Shown here piece after piece: positions 16,294-27,700 of a stretch of DNA of 46,575 nt; position 1 is the stretch's first letter, and each line of letters opens with the position of its first letter. The stretch is from Methanobacteriota archaeon (GTDB lineage Archaea > Thermoplasmatota > Thermoplasmata > RBG-16-68-12). The notes beneath the pieces are model-generated. The model made no database searches, was not told where the DNA came from, and was given only the letters and a program-made list of their open reading frames with translations. Where the stretch lies: NCBI GenBank assembly GCA_005878525.1, contig VBMB01000137.1, forward strand, positions 1-46,575. The letters are read 5' to 3'. Both the position numbers and the translations under genes were made by a program.

Positions 16294-19086
16294 ATGGCGG
16301 ACGACTGGCACGCCCTTCGGGCGGAGGCCGTCCTCCAGAAATTGGATTCTTCCCCCCTGGGCCTGACGAGCCGGGAGGCCGCTCAACGGCTGTCCCGCTT
16401 CGGGCCGAATGAGCTGGTTCAGACCGCGAGGGTGAGTCCCCTTCGGATCCTGCTGAGCCAGTTCGTGGACGTCCTCGTCATCGTCCTGATCATCGCCGCG
16501 ATCATCTCTGCCTCTCTGGGAGTCCTGCAAGGTCAGAATGAGGACCTGTACGACGCCGTGCTCATCATCGTGATCGTGATCATGAACGCGATCCTCGGCT
16601 TCGTCCAAGAGTACCGAGCGGAACGGTCCCTCGAAGCGCTGAAGAGCCTGGCCGCGCCCAAGGCCCACGTCCTGCGGGAGGGAGGGGTCGTTGCGGTGCC
16701 CTCCCGCGAAGTCGTTCCCGGGGACGTCGTCGTCCTCGCGGCGGGAGACCGAATCCCCGCGGACGCACGCCTCCTCGAGGTCGCCAGCCTCCGCCTCAAC
16801 GAGGCGTCGCTGACCGGCGAGTCGCTCCCCGTGAGCAAGGCCGTGGAGCCGCTCCCGCGCGACTCGTTCCTCGGCGATCGCAAGAACATGGCGTTCATGG
16901 GGACCGCGGTCGACGGGGGGCGCGGGAAGGCCGTCATCGTCGAGACGGGCATGGCGACCCAACTCGGCAAGATCGCCGGACTCGTCCAGCAGGAGACGAA
17001 GGAGGAGACGCCGCTCCAGAGGCAGTTGGACCGACTCGGGAAGCAGATTGGGATCGCGGTCCTGCTGGCCGCGGGCCTCATCTTCGTGATCGGCGTCCTC
17101 CGGGACCCGGGCCACATCGAGCTCCTGTTCCTGACCGCGGTCGGGCTGTCCGTCGCGGCGATCCCGGAGGGGCTCCCCGCGATCGTCACGATCAGCCTGG
17201 CATTAGGTCTTCAGCGAATGATCCGCCGGGGTGCCCTGATCCGAAAACTCCCGGCGGTCGAAGCGTTGGGCGCCGCCTCCGTGATCTGTTCCGACAAGAC
17301 GGGCACCCTCACGAAGGGGGAAATGAACGTCCGTTTGGTGGTCGCCGGCACCCGGGAATACGAGGTGATCGGAGAGGGATTCGATCCGTCGGGCGTGGTC
17401 CGGGCCGAACGCCAGGTCGCGGACCTCGAGGCGCACCCCGGGTTGCAGCGAGTCCTCGAATGCGGGATCCTCTGCAATGACGCGGTCCTGAAGCGAGAGG
17501 GCACTCGCTGGGTCGTCGAGGGCGACCCGACGGAAGGCGCGCTCCTGGTGGCCGCCCGGCGTGCGCGGATGGACCCGGAGGCGATTCGGGCGAAATGGCC
17601 GCGGGTCGCGGAGATCGCCTTCACGTCCGAGCGAAAGAAGATGTCGACGCTTCACGCGCCCCAGTCCGAATCGCAGGTTCGCGAGGTCCTCTCCCTGCCG
17701 GAGGGGGAGCGGCTACGGCGCCTCGAGGGCGTGCCCGCCGTCCTGCACGTGAAGGGCGCACCGGAACGGATTCTCGCGGCTTGTTCCCACCACATGGTGG
17801 ACGGCGAGAGGAAGCCTCTCTCCGAATACGATCGGAGACAGTACCTGTTCCGGAATCAGGAGCTGGCGACGCGGGCCCTCCGGGTCATCGGATTTGCCGT
17901 CCGCGAATTTCGAGGCGATGTGCCGCCGCTGAAGGAGGAGACCCTCGAGACGGATCTCACCTTCCTTGGGCTGGCCGGAATGATGGATGCGCCGCGGTCC
18001 GATGCGATCGAGGCGATCCGCCGTTGCAAGAAGGCGGGAATCCGGGTCGTGATGATCACCGGAGACCACAAACTCACCGCGATGGCCGTGGCCCGGGAAA
18101 TGGGGATCCTCGGTGAAGGGGACCGCGCCCTGACGGGAGAAGAGCTCGAGAAGATGTCCGACGAGGAGCTCGTGCGGGAGGTGACGCACATCCGCGTCTA
18201 CGCGCGCGTCGCCCCGGAACACAAGATGCGCATCGTCGACGCCTGGAAGAAGGCGGGTCACATCGTCGCGATGACCGGCGACGGCGTCAACGACGCCCCC
18301 GCCCTCAAACGGTCCGACCTCGGCGTCGCGATGGGGATCACCGGAACGGACGTCGCGAAGGAGAGCGCGGACATGGTCCTGACCGACGACAACTTTGCGT
18401 CCATCGTGGCCGCGGTCGAGGAAGGCCGCGGGATCTACGAGAACATCCGGAAGTTCGTCGCCTTCCTCCTCTCCGCGAACGCGGGGGAGGTCCTGATCAT
18501 GTTCATCGCGACCCTCGCGATCGCAGACCCGAACTTCCTTCCGTTCTTCGCGCCGGTGCAACTCCTGTGGATCAACCTCGTGACGGATGGTCTCCCGGCC
18601 CTGGCCCTTGGCGTCGACCCGTACCCGACGGACATCATGGATCGCCCTCCCCGCAATCCGAAGGAGGGCGTGCTCTCCCGCGACATTCTCTTCCTGATCA
18701 TCGTCGTCTCGGCGATTTTGACGGTCGGCACCCTCGGGGTTTTCTTCCTGGAACTGCAGGAGGGGGCCGACGCCACCCGAGCCCGTACGGTCGCCTTCAC
18801 GACGATCGTGTTCTTCGAGCTCTTCCTCGTGTTCGCCATGCGATCGCCGCGCCAGACGATCTGGCAGATCGGCCTGTTCACGAACACGAAACTGATCGTC
18901 GCCGTGCTCGCATCGATGGCCCTCCAGGTCGCGGTGATCTACACGCCGTTCCTGCACAGCGTCTTCGAAACGGAGCCGCTCACGCCCGTGGATTGGCTCG
19001 AGACGGTCCTGATTTCGTTCACCGCATTCGCGTTCGTCGAGGTGCTTAAGGTCCTGCGGCATCGGATGGGAGGCCGAGCGCCATGA
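16294..19086 (+). CDS. P-type ATPase, P2A (Ca2+-transporting-like)
   Basis: LTGES, PEGL, DKTGTLT, KGAPE, TGD, GDGVNDAPAL, SANAGE, WINLVTDG. Confidence 0.95.
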   Translation: MADDWHALRAEAVLQKLDSSPLGLTSREAAQRLSRFGPNELVQTARVSPLRILLSQFVDVLVIVLIIAAIISASLGVLQGQNEDLYDAVLIIVIVIMNAILGFVQEYRAERSLEALKSLAAPKAHVLREGGVVAVPSREVVPGDVVVLAAGDRIPADARLLEVASLRLNEASLTGESLPVSKAVEPLPRDSFLGDRKNMAFMGTAVDGGRGKAVIVETGMATQLGKIAGLVQQETKEETPLQRQLDRLGKQIGIAVLLAAGLIFVIGVLRDPGHIELLFLTAVGLSVAAIPEGLPAIVTISLALGLQRMIRRGALIRKLPAVEALGAASVICSDKTGTLTKGEMNVRLVVAGTREYEVIGEGFDPSGVVRAERQVADLEAHPGLQRVLECGILCNDAVLKREGTRWVVEGDPTEGALLVAARRARMDPEAIRAKWPRVAEIAFTSERKKMSTLHAPQSESQVREVLSLPEGERLRRLEGVPAVLHVKGAPERILAACSHHMVDGERKPLSEYDRRQYLFRNQELATRALRVIGFAVREFRGDVPPLKEETLETDLTFLGLAGMMDAPRSDAIEAIRRCKKAGIRVVMITGDHKLTAMAVAREMGILGEGDRALTGEELEKMSDEELVREVTHIRVYARVAPEHKMRIVDAWKKAGHIVAMTGDGVNDAPALKRSDLGVAMGITGTDVAKESADMVLTDDNFASIVAAVEEGRGIYENIRKFVAFLLSANAGEVLIMFIATLAIADPNFLPFFAPVQLLWINLVTDGLPALALGVDPYPTDIMDRPPRNPKEGVLSRDILFLIIVVSAILTVGTLGVFFLELQEGADATRARTVAFTTIVFFELFLVFAMRSPRQTIWQIGLFTNTKLIVAVLASMALQVAVIYTPFLHSVFETEPLTPVDWLETVLISFTAFAFVEVLKVLRHRMGGRAP

Positions 19087-20117
19087 TCGAGGTCGACGGG
19101 GGCCGCGGCGAAGGAGGCGGCCAACTCCTCCGGATGGCGCTCGCTCTGTCGGCCCTGACGGACACACCGGTCCGGGTCGCTCGGATTCGGGCGGGCCGGC
19201 CCACTCCGGGTCTGGCGGCGCAGCATGTCACGGCGATCAACGCCGTCGCGGCGTTGTGCGAGGCCGAGGTGACTGGCGTATCCGTCGGAGCGTCGTCGAT
19301 CGAGTTCCGACCTGGGAAACTTGTGGCAGGCCGTTTTTCCTTCGACGTGGGGACAGCGGGAAGCACCACTTTGGTCCTCCAAGCACTGCTTCCGGTGGCC
19401 GCCGCGGCCCCAGGAGCCGTTCGGGTGCGCTTGATTGGAGGTACGGACGTCCGATGGTCTCCGCCAATCGATTACTTCAATCGAGTTTTCTTGCCCTTGC
19501 TGCGGAGGCTCGGAGCCCGCGCCGATGTCGAAGTTCTCCGGCGCGGGTACTATCCTCGTGGTGGGGGAATCGTCGAGGCCGTGATCGAGCCCACGCGGTC
19601 GTGGTCGCCTCTCGGCAAGTCGGAGAGGGGCGAGATCGAACGGGTGCGGGGCATCGCACACGCCTCGAACCTCCCGGAGGACGTGCCGAAGCGGATGAGG
19701 CACGCGGCCCTCCGTCGCCTCCACGGAATTCCGGACGTCAAGGTCGAAGAACGCGTGTACCAGGGGGAAGAGGCGGTGGGGCAAGGCGGGGCCCTGGTCC
19801 TCTGGGCGGAGTCGGAGGCCGTCCTGATCGGAGCCGACTCCCTCGCAGAACGGGGAAAGCGCTCCGAACGCATCGGGGAAGAAGCCGCCACGTCCCTCGG
19901 AGCGGAGATCGAATCCCAGGCGACTCTCGACGTCCACGCGGCGGACCAGCTGCTGGTGTACCTGGCACGCGCCGGCGGCCCATCGTGGTTTCGCGTGCGG
20001 TCCGTCTCGGGTCACCTAGAAACGATGATGTGGCTCATCCCGCAATTCTTGCCGTCCCGCTTCGCGGTGACTCGAGAACGCGGCGGGTGCGAGGTGAGCG
20101 TCGAGCCCGGCGCCTAA
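19083..20117 (+). CDS. rtcA: RNA 3'-terminal phosphate cyclase
   Basis: GEGGGQ.LR, IRAGRPTPGLAAQH, GGTDV.WSP, RGYYPRGGG, DVHAADQ. Confidence 0.95.
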   Translation: MIEVDGGRGEGGGQLLRMALALSALTDTPVRVARIRAGRPTPGLAAQHVTAINAVAALCEAEVTGVSVGASSIEFRPGKLVAGRFSFDVGTAGSTTLVLQALLPVAAAAPGAVRVRLIGGTDVRWSPPIDYFNRVFLPLLRRLGARADVEVLRRGYYPRGGGIVEAVIEPTRSWSPLGKSERGEIERVRGIAHASNLPEDVPKRMRHAALRRLHGIPDVKVEERVYQGEEAVGQGGALVLWAESEAVLIGADSLAERGKRSERIGEEAATSLGAEIESQATLDVHAADQLLVYLARAGGPSWFRVRSVSGHLETMMWLIPQFLPSRFAVTRERGGCEVSVEPGA

Positions 20118-20875
20118 CCGTACATGCTCGGCCGCGCAGGTTCCGTCGGTTTTTTCGCCGCCTCGGTCTGGTGGTGGATCGACTTGAGTTGCATTTCGAT
20201 TCGCTCGGCCTCCTCGTACAGAGGCCGGGCGTCGAGTTCCGTGTGGAGCAGCAACTTGTCGATGATCTCGATCGCGCGGGCCGCAGCTCTTGCGTCCGGG
20301 TAATCGGGGTGGGCCTCACTCAGGAGGGTGATGACGTCGAAGTCCCGCTTGCGTCCCTCGTTCAGGAGCACGCCGGCCACGCCGGTGATGACGCCTTCTT
20401 CGAAGACCGTGATGTCGTTCTTGCGGATCATGTCCATCGCCTTGTCGGTCGAACCGATCCCGTAGACCTCGACCTGCCGCTCGCCCTCGTCCTCGCGGGC
20501 ATCGACGATCAGGCCTTCCGGACACACGAGGAGGTTACAGCGAGCGTCCTGAGCCCAGTCGAGGACGGTCGACGCGATCGCCTTGATCAAGTTCGGAGGC
20601 GGCTGGAATTCGGAGATGAATACAACGATCTGGTCGTGATCGTCCACTTTCGGACCGGCGTAGATCCGCACCGGGTTCATCGGTTGGCCGTCCCGGACCA
20701 GTGCGACGGTGGGGAAGTAGACGGAATCCATGATCCCGATCTGGGTGAGGTTCAGCGCGTTAATCAGGTAGTTCGCGACAATGGAGCTGACCAGACCCAC
20801 ACTCGGGAATCCATCGATGACGGTGGCCCCGCGGAGGTCCATCCGCTTGAGCTCGTAAATCTGGATTCCTTCCAT
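20114..20875 (-). CDS. PAC2-family proteasome assembly chaperone-like protein
   Basis: GFPSVGLV..IVANYL, P.RIY, I.GVAGVLL, PDARAAA. Confidence 0.9.
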   Translation of the reverse strand: MEGIQIYELKRMDLRGATVIDGFPSVGLVSSIVANYLINALNLTQIGIMDSVYFPTVALVRDGQPMNPVRIYAGPKVDDHDQIVVFISEFQPPPNLIKAIASTVLDWAQDARCNLLVCPEGLIVDAREDEGERQVEVYGIGSTDKAMDMIRKNDITVFEEGVITGVAGVLLNEGRKRDFDVITLLSEAHPDYPDARAAARAIEIIDKLLLHTELDARPLYEEAERIEMQLKSIHHQTEAAKKPTEPARPSMYG

Positions 20876-20942
20876 GCGGCGCGGTCCATCTCGGACAGGT
20901 TACTTAAACATACCCGGCACGAGTGCGTGCCCTGAGAACACA

Positions 20943-21359
20943 TCACTCCATCGGGAGAATTTCGTGCGTATTGACAAACTCCACGCCCGCGCGGCGCAGC
21001 ATGATTCCGACGGTGCAATACTTCTCGGACGACAGGTCGATCGCGCGCTTGATGGCGGCTTCCTGGATATTGTCTCCGCGCACCCGATAGTGAAGACGGA
21101 TTTTCGTGAAGACCTTCGGGACGTCTTTGGCCCGTTCGGCTTCGGCTTCGATCTCCAGCGCACGGAACGGCACCCGCTCCTTTCGCAGGATCGACACGAC
21201 ATCCGATGCGGTGCACGCCATCATGGCGAGGAGAGTGGCCTGCATGGGGCTCGGGCCGCGTCGGGATTCCGCCTCGCCGCCGTCGAAGAGGAGCTCGTGC
21301 CCTTCATCCGCCTTCGCCCGAAAGCGCATCTCCTCGATGTGGACCAGGTGGGCCTTCAA
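20943..21359 (-). CDS. OsmC/YhfA family protein
   Basis: GPSPM..LLA..ACTA.DV, AIDLS.EKYC.V. Confidence 0.9.
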   Translation of the reverse strand: MKAHLVHIEEMRFRAKADEGHELLFDGGEAESRRGPSPMQATLLAMMACTASDVVSILRKERVPFRALEIEAEAERAKDVPKVFTKIRLHYRVRGDNIQEAAIKRAIDLSSEKYCTVGIMLRRAGVEFVNTHEILPME

Positions 21360-21443
21360 GAGGTTCGCCGACTGAGCCAGGTCGCCGCACTAGATGAACT
21401 TCGCTCGGAACCCGCAAAACTTGTTATTCGACCCGCCCATCGG

Positions 21444-22085
21444 ATGCCCGTGCGACCCCGAGTAATCATCAATGCCGCGATGAGCGTCGATGGGAAGATC
21501 GCACTCTCCGACGGGAAGGCCGTGCGCCTGAGCAACGAGGAGGACCTGCGTCGGGTTCATCGCCTCCGGGCGGAAGCCGATGCGATTCTCGTCGGTGTTG
21601 GGACGGTCCTGATGGACGACCCGAAGCTCACCGTGAAAGCGGAGTACGCGAAAGGTCGGAATCCCCTGCGGGTCGTCCTCGATTCCGACGGGAAGACGCC
21701 GGAGAATGCCCACGTCCTCGACGGCACGGCTCCGACCTTGATCGTGACGTCCGCGGACTCGACTCGAACATTCCCTCGGGCGGAGGTCTTGCGGTGTGGA
21801 AAGGATGAGGTCGACCTCGCGCTCCTCCTGGACCATCTCGCCTCGCGCGGGATCAAGACGGTCCTCGTGGAAGGCGGGAGCACCGTGATCTGGTCCTTTC
21901 TCCGACATCGCCTCGCGGACGAGCTCAAGGTCTTCATCAGCAGCCGGGTGCTCGGCGGCCATGCCGCGCCAACGCTTGCCGGCGGGCAGGGAGTCACTCC
22001 TCTCGACGAGGCGCCCGGTCTCCGCTTGGATCGGATCGAGCGGCTCGGCGACGGCGCACTTCTCGAGTACACGGTGGTCCGGTGA
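21444..22085 (+). CDS. 2,5-diamino-6-(ribosylamino)-4(3H)-pyrimidinone 5'-phosphate reductase (archaeal RibD-C type)
   Basis: AMSVDGKIA, VHRLRA..DAILVG.GTV..DDP.L, LVEGG. Confidence 0.9.
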   Translation: MPVRPRVIINAAMSVDGKIALSDGKAVRLSNEEDLRRVHRLRAEADAILVGVGTVLMDDPKLTVKAEYAKGRNPLRVVLDSDGKTPENAHVLDGTAPTLIVTSADSTRTFPRAEVLRCGKDEVDLALLLDHLASRGIKTVLVEGGSTVIWSFLRHRLADELKVFISSRVLGGHAAPTLAGGQGVTPLDEAPGLRLDRIERLGDGALLEYTVVR

Positions 22086-22837
22086 GCGAGTCCGATATCA
22101 TTGTTCGACCGGAGCATTTTCTCCGTTACCTGCGAGAAGCTCTGGGCTTGCGCTCGGCTGAGACGCGCCTACCTCCGATTGGCGTCCTCGTGTTCAGCTC
22201 AGGCGATTTTCGGGCCTTCCATCGAATCATCGAAGGGCAAGTGAAGGGTTGGAATCGGTGGCTGAGTGTTGGAGCCGCGGGAAGGAAATCGATCTCCCTT
22301 GCTCGCTCCCCGATAGGAGCCCCGGCGGCGACAATCACCATGGAGGAGATGGCCGCACTCGGCTGCAGGACGTTCCTCAGCTTTGGAGCGTGCGGTTCCC
22401 TGTTGCCAGACCTCCGGATTGGGGACGTTGTGCTTCCCACATTTGCTTTCTCCGACGAGGGCACCTCTCGCCACTATGGAAAAACGAGCCAATTACGACC
22501 GGACGCGGGCTTCGTTCGAGCGATTGCCGTCGCTGCCGAGAAGAGAGCCATCCCGATTCGTTCCGGGGGCACTTGGACCACGGACGCCGTCTATCGAGAG
22601 TCTCGCACGCGAGCTCGTGATCTCGTTCGGCACGGCGTCGTCGCGGTTGAAATGGAGGCCGCGGCTTTGTGGGCGGTCTCGCGGCATCGTCATCTCCGAA
22701 CGGCGAGCCTTCTCGTCGTCTCCGATGAACTCGGCGGCAAAGAGTGGAATGCCGGCTTCGACGACCCGCGATTTCTCGAGGGAAAGAGACGAGCCCGACG
22801 CCTGCTCATGGATGTGATTTCGGGGGACCTGACATGA
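22082..22837 (+). CDS. Nucleoside phosphorylase (PNP/UDP family)
   Basis: IGAPAA, G.CGSL, DEGTS.HY, WTTDA.YRE, VEMEAA, SD. Confidence 0.9.
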   Translation: MSESDIIVRPEHFLRYLREALGLRSAETRLPPIGVLVFSSGDFRAFHRIIEGQVKGWNRWLSVGAAGRKSISLARSPIGAPAATITMEEMAALGCRTFLSFGACGSLLPDLRIGDVVLPTFAFSDEGTSRHYGKTSQLRPDAGFVRAIAVAAEKRAIPIRSGGTWTTDAVYRESRTRARDLVRHGVVAVEMEAAALWAVSRHRHLRTASLLVVSDELGGKEWNAGFDDPRFLEGKRRARRLLMDVISGDLT

Positions 22838-23286
22838 AGCTCCTCTGCGATCAGATGTTGGGAAGCCTCGCACGCTGGTTGCGGTTCATCGGCTACGACA
22901 CGGCGTATCCGAAACCAGGTCCGGATCGGGCCCTGATCGAGCGGGTTCGATTGGAAGACCGGATCCTCCTGACACGGGACAAGGAGCTGGCGGGCCGCGT
23001 CTCTGGTGCGGTCCAGATTCGGTCCGATGATCTCGAGGAACAGATCCGCGAGGTCGCGCAGGTTCTCCCCCTCCGACTCATCGATCCGCTGTCCCGCTGC
23101 TCCCTCTGTAACGAACTACTCGTGCCCGCGTCTCCTGCGGAAGTGAAAGAGGTCGTGCCCGAAGGAGTTCGCTCGCGACATCATGCATTCTGGCGTTGTC
23201 CCTCCTGTCGCCGCGTGTATTGGCAAGGCAGCCATTGGGACAAGATGACCGAGCGACTGAATGACTTGCGGCTGCCATCCGCGTAG
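22834..23286 (+). CDS. Mut7-C RNase (PIN-like) domain protein with Zn ribbon
   Basis: LCDQMLGSLARWLR..GYD, LLTRD, RC..CN, C..C.RVYW.GSH. Confidence 0.92.
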   Translation: MKLLCDQMLGSLARWLRFIGYDTAYPKPGPDRALIERVRLEDRILLTRDKELAGRVSGAVQIRSDDLEEQIREVAQVLPLRLIDPLSRCSLCNELLVPASPAEVKEVVPEGVRSRHHAFWRCPSCRRVYWQGSHWDKMTERLNDLRLPSA

Positions 23287-23298
23287 CCAAAGTTGGAA

Positions 23299-23550
23299 TC
23301 ATTTCCCGCGCCGGGCCACGAGGTAGCCCGCGAGGATCAGGACTGCGCTGAGGGCCGAGAGGTAGCCGGCCGCGGTTCCATTCCCCAGGACGAACAATAC
23401 CAGGCCGCCGATGAGGCCGACGATTCCCACGATGAAGCTCGCGCCGCCGTACAGGAATGGGTCGCCGTAGTCGGTCTTCAGAGAGAGCGGATGTTTGATG
23501 GAATCGGGGACTCGGTCGCTCGCCACGATTCCGGAGCAGTCGGCGGCCAC
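23299..23550 (-). CDS. Small two-TM hypothetical protein
   Basis: Two hydrophobic helices with a basic C-terminus; fills the gap. Confidence 0.6.
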   Translation of the reverse strand: MAADCSGIVASDRVPDSIKHPLSLKTDYGDPFLYGGASFIVGIVGLIGGLVLFVLGNGTAAGYLSALSAVLILAGYLVARRGK

Positions 23551-23624
23551 TTAGTCGTTGGCGTTCCCCGTCAAGGGACACAAATCCTAATAGGCGGACG
23601 GGAAATTGGGGGAGGGTCCAACGG

Positions 23625-24707
23625 ATGGAAGGAAGCCTCGTCCTCGAGGACGGAACCGCCATCCGAGGGGCGTTTTTTGGCGCGCGCCGGAAGGTCTTCG
23701 GCGAACTCGTCTTCAATACCAACATGACGGGCTACACGGAGGCCCTCACCGATCCATCGTACCACGGCCAGATCCTCATGATGACGTACCCCCTCATTGG
23801 TAACTACGGCGTCGATCCGGAGTCGATGGAGTCCGAGACGATCCAGCCGACCGGGTTCGTGGTGAAGGAGGCCTGTGCCGTCCCGAGCCATCCAAAGAGC
23901 GCGCTCAGCCTGGCGGACTTCCTGAAAGCCCACGAGACCCCCGCCATGGAGGGCGCCGACACGCGGGCTCTCACGATCAAGATTCGTTCGAAGGGGACGA
24001 TGAAGGCCGCCCTGGTGCCGGCCACCGAGCACCTGGAGACCGTCGCGCGCGAGGTCCGGACCGCCCCGCACCCGGAAACGCGCAACCTCGTCGCCGAGGT
24101 CAGCTGTCGCGAGGTCGAACGTTACCCCGGCGTTGGCAAACGGACCATCGTCGTCGTGGATTGTGGCGTCAAGCGGAACATTATCCGGGAGGCCCAACGA
24201 TACGCGGACGTCATCCGAGTGCCTTTCAACGCGACGTCCGACGACATCCTCGGACTCAAACCGGATGGCGTGATCCTCTCCAACGGTCCGGGCGATCCGG
24301 CTCATCCCGAAATCCTCGCGACGTCGGTGAAGGCCACGAAGGAACTCGCCGGCCGCACGCCGATCCTCGGGATCTGCCTCGGCCACCAGCTTCTGGCCCT
24401 CGCCTTCGGAGGGACGACGTTCAAGCTGAAATTTGGGCACCGCGGCGGGAACCAGCCCGTCAAGGATCTTCGTACGGGACGCGTCCACATTACATCGCAG
24501 AACCACGGCTTCGCGGTCGATGCCGACTCCCTCCCCAGTTCCGAGTTCGAAGTGACGCACCTCAATCTGAACGACGGCACCGTGGAAGGCATGGCCCACC
24601 GGGAACTCCCGATTTTCTCCGTGCAGTACCATCCCGAGGCGCGGCCGGGGCCGTGGGACAACGAGTACATCTTCCGAGATTTCGTGGCGGAACTCAAGGG
24701 GGCCTAG
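23625..24707 (+). CDS. carA: Carbamoyl-phosphate synthase small subunit
   Basis: GELVFNT.MTGY.E.LTDPSY.GQI, SNGPGDP, GICLGHQ, QYHPE. Confidence 0.97.
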   Translation: MEGSLVLEDGTAIRGAFFGARRKVFGELVFNTNMTGYTEALTDPSYHGQILMMTYPLIGNYGVDPESMESETIQPTGFVVKEACAVPSHPKSALSLADFLKAHETPAMEGADTRALTIKIRSKGTMKAALVPATEHLETVAREVRTAPHPETRNLVAEVSCREVERYPGVGKRTIVVVDCGVKRNIIREAQRYADVIRVPFNATSDDILGLKPDGVILSNGPGDPAHPEILATSVKATKELAGRTPILGICLGHQLLALAFGGTTFKLKFGHRGGNQPVKDLRTGRVHITSQNHGFAVDADSLPSSEFEVTHLNLNDGTVEGMAHRELPIFSVQYHPEARPGPWDNEYIFRDFVAELKGA

Positions 24708-24731
24708 GCACGGGCGGAGGGGGTGGGGCCG

Positions 24732-27700
24732 ATGCCCAAGCGCGGCGACGTTAGGACCGCGATGGTGGTCGGTTCCGGACCCATCGTCATCGGGCAAGCC
24801 GCCGAATTCGATTACTCCGGGACGCAGGCCTGTCGATCCCTTCGAGAAGAAGGCGTGCGGGTCGTCTTAGTGAACAGCAACCCCGCGACGATCCAGACGG
24901 ACCCAGAAACGGCGGACGCGGTCTACGTGGAACCGCTCACCATCGAATTTCTCGAGAAGGTGATCGCGAAAGAGCGACCGCAGGGGATCTTGAGCGGGAT
25001 GGGCGGGCAGACCGCGCTGAACTTGTGCAGCGAGCTCGCCGACGCGGGCATTCTCCAACGGCACGGCGTGGAGCTGCTCGGGACGAAGCTCGAGGCGATC
25101 ACGGCGGGCGAGAACCGCGAACGATTCGCAAGCCTCATGCGTTCGATCGGCGAGCCGATTCCGCGGAGCCGCGCCGCCTCCGATTTCGAGTCGGCTCGCG
25201 GGTTCGTGGAGGAAATCGGCTTTCCGGCGATCGTCCGCGCGGCATACACGTTGGGAGGAGCCGGGAGTGGGGTGGCCCACTCCCCAGAAGACCTCGAACG
25301 AATCGTGGGCTTCGGCCTCGCCTACTCTCGGATCAAGCAAGTGCTCGTCGAGGAGTCGGTCCTCGGCTGGAAGGAATTTGAGTACGAGGTGATGCGCGAT
25401 GCCTCGGACAATTGCATCACGATCTGTAACATGGAGAATCTCGATCCGATGGGGATCCATACGGGCGAATCGATCGTTGTCGCGCCGGCCCAGACCCTGA
25501 GCGATACGGACCACCAGACATTGCGATCGGCCGCGCTCCGAATCATCCGCGCGCTGGGCGTCGAAGGCGGATGCAACATCCAGTTCGCGGTCCATCCGAG
25601 GACGGGGGAGTATCGGGTCATCGAGGTGAACCCGCGCGTCTCCCGTTCGTCCGCGCTCGCGTCGAAGGCGACCGGCTATCCCATTGCTCGCATCGCGGCC
25701 AAGATTGCGATCGGTCTCCGCCTCGACGAAATCCCGAACCCGGTCACAGGGAAAACGCTGGCTTCGTTCGAGCCCGCCCTCGATTACGTCGTCACGAAGA
25801 TTCCGCGATGGCCGTTCGACAAATTCCCGACGGTGGACCGGCGAATCGGCACGTCGATGAAAAGCACCGGGGAGGTCATGGCGATCGGCCGGACGTTCGA
25901 GGAGTCTTTCCTGAAGGCCGTGCGGTCCCTCGAGATTGACCGGCTCGGCCTCGACTCGGTTCCCGCGACCGATGACGAGATTGTCCGAGAGCTGAAGGAG
26001 CCCACATCCGAACGGATCTTCTCGATTGCCGAGGCGTTGCGGCGGGGGTTCGCGCCCGAGAAGATCGCGGCGCTCACGGACTGGGACCCGTTCTTCATCG
26101 AGAAAATCCGGCACCTCGTTCGGCTGGAGTCGCGTCTTCGAGGGTCCCGGCGGACTCGTGCGCTACTGGCCGAAGCGAAGCGCTCCGGGTTCGCGGATGA
26201 GTCCCTCGCCGCGCTCACTCGAAGTTCTGAAGAGGGGATCCGTCGGAGTCGACCGCGTGCGGCGTACAAGATGGTCGACACGTGCGGAGGCGAATTTGAG
26301 GCGCGGACGCCCTACTTCTATTCGACGTACGAGGCGACCGGCGAGACGCCGCGACTGAGAGGACGAAAAGTCCTGATCGTCGGCAGCGGACCCGTTCGGA
26401 TCGGCCAAGGGGTCGAATTCGACTATTGCTGCGTCCAAGGCATCTTCGCATTGCGGGAAGAGGGCGTCGCCGCCATCATCGCGAACAACAACCCGGAGAC
26501 GGTCTCCACCGACTTCGACATCTCCACCCGGCTGTACTTCGAGCCCCTCCTGCTCGAGGACGTGCTGAACATCATCGAGGAGGAGAAACCGGACGGGGTG
26601 ATCCTTCAGTTCGGCGGCCAGACGTCGATCAACCTCGCGCTGCCGCTCGCGCACGCGCTGCGCCGACGTCGCTCTCGGACGCGGATCCTGGGCACTCCGC
26701 CGGCATCGATCGATCTCGCGGAGGACCGGCGTAAGTTCGCCGCCTTGATGCGCCGCCTCGGGATTCGCCAAGCCGACGCGGCCTCGGGCTACAGCTTCGA
26801 CGAAGTGCGGGGGCTGGCCGCGCGGATCGGCTATCCCGTGCTCGTCCGGCCGTCGTATGTGCTGGGCGGCCGCGGCATGGAGATCGTCTACACGGAGGAA
26901 GACCTCGCGGGGTTCATGGAGACCGCCGTGCGCGTCTCAAAGGACCATCCGGTCCTTGTCGACCGATATCTGGCTCACGCGACCGAAATCGACGTGGACG
27001 TCGTGGCCGACGGACGAGATATCTTCATCGGAGGCATCCAAGAACACATCGAGGAGGCCGGCATCCACTCGGGGGACGCGGCCTGCGTCCTGCCGGCGCA
27101 GACGCTATCGGAGGCCGTCCTCGAAGACATCCGGACGGTTACGCGCAGGCTCTGCAAGGCCCTTCACATCGCGGGTCTGATGAACCTCCAGCTCGCGGTT
27201 CAGGGCGACGTGGTTTACGTCCTCGAGGCGAATCCCCGGGCGAGCCGCACCGTGCCGTATGTCTCGAAAGCGATTGGCATCTCCCTCGCCAAGGTCGCCA
27301 CGAAGGTCATGCTGGGACATTCGCTCCGCTCGTTGGGCCTCGTGGGTGAGGCGAAAATCAAACACGTCGCGGTGAAAGCTCCCGTGTTCCCGTTCCAGCG
27401 CCTCCCCGGCGTGGACACGATTCTCGGCCCGGAGATGAAGAGCACGGGAGAGGTCATGGGGATCGATCGGTCGCTCGGCCGCGCGTACTACAAGGCGATG
27501 CTCGCCGCGGGGAATCCGCTCCCGACCCAGGGCGCCATCTACGTGACGGTGCGGGACGAGGACAAGCCCACCATCCTCCCCGTCGTCGAGCGGCTGGCGC
27601 GGATAGGCCTGCGGATCTTTGCGACGCGCGGCACCGCGCAGTTCCTCCGGGAGAACGGCGTGGACGTGACCACCGTGTACCGGATCAGCGAGAATGAATC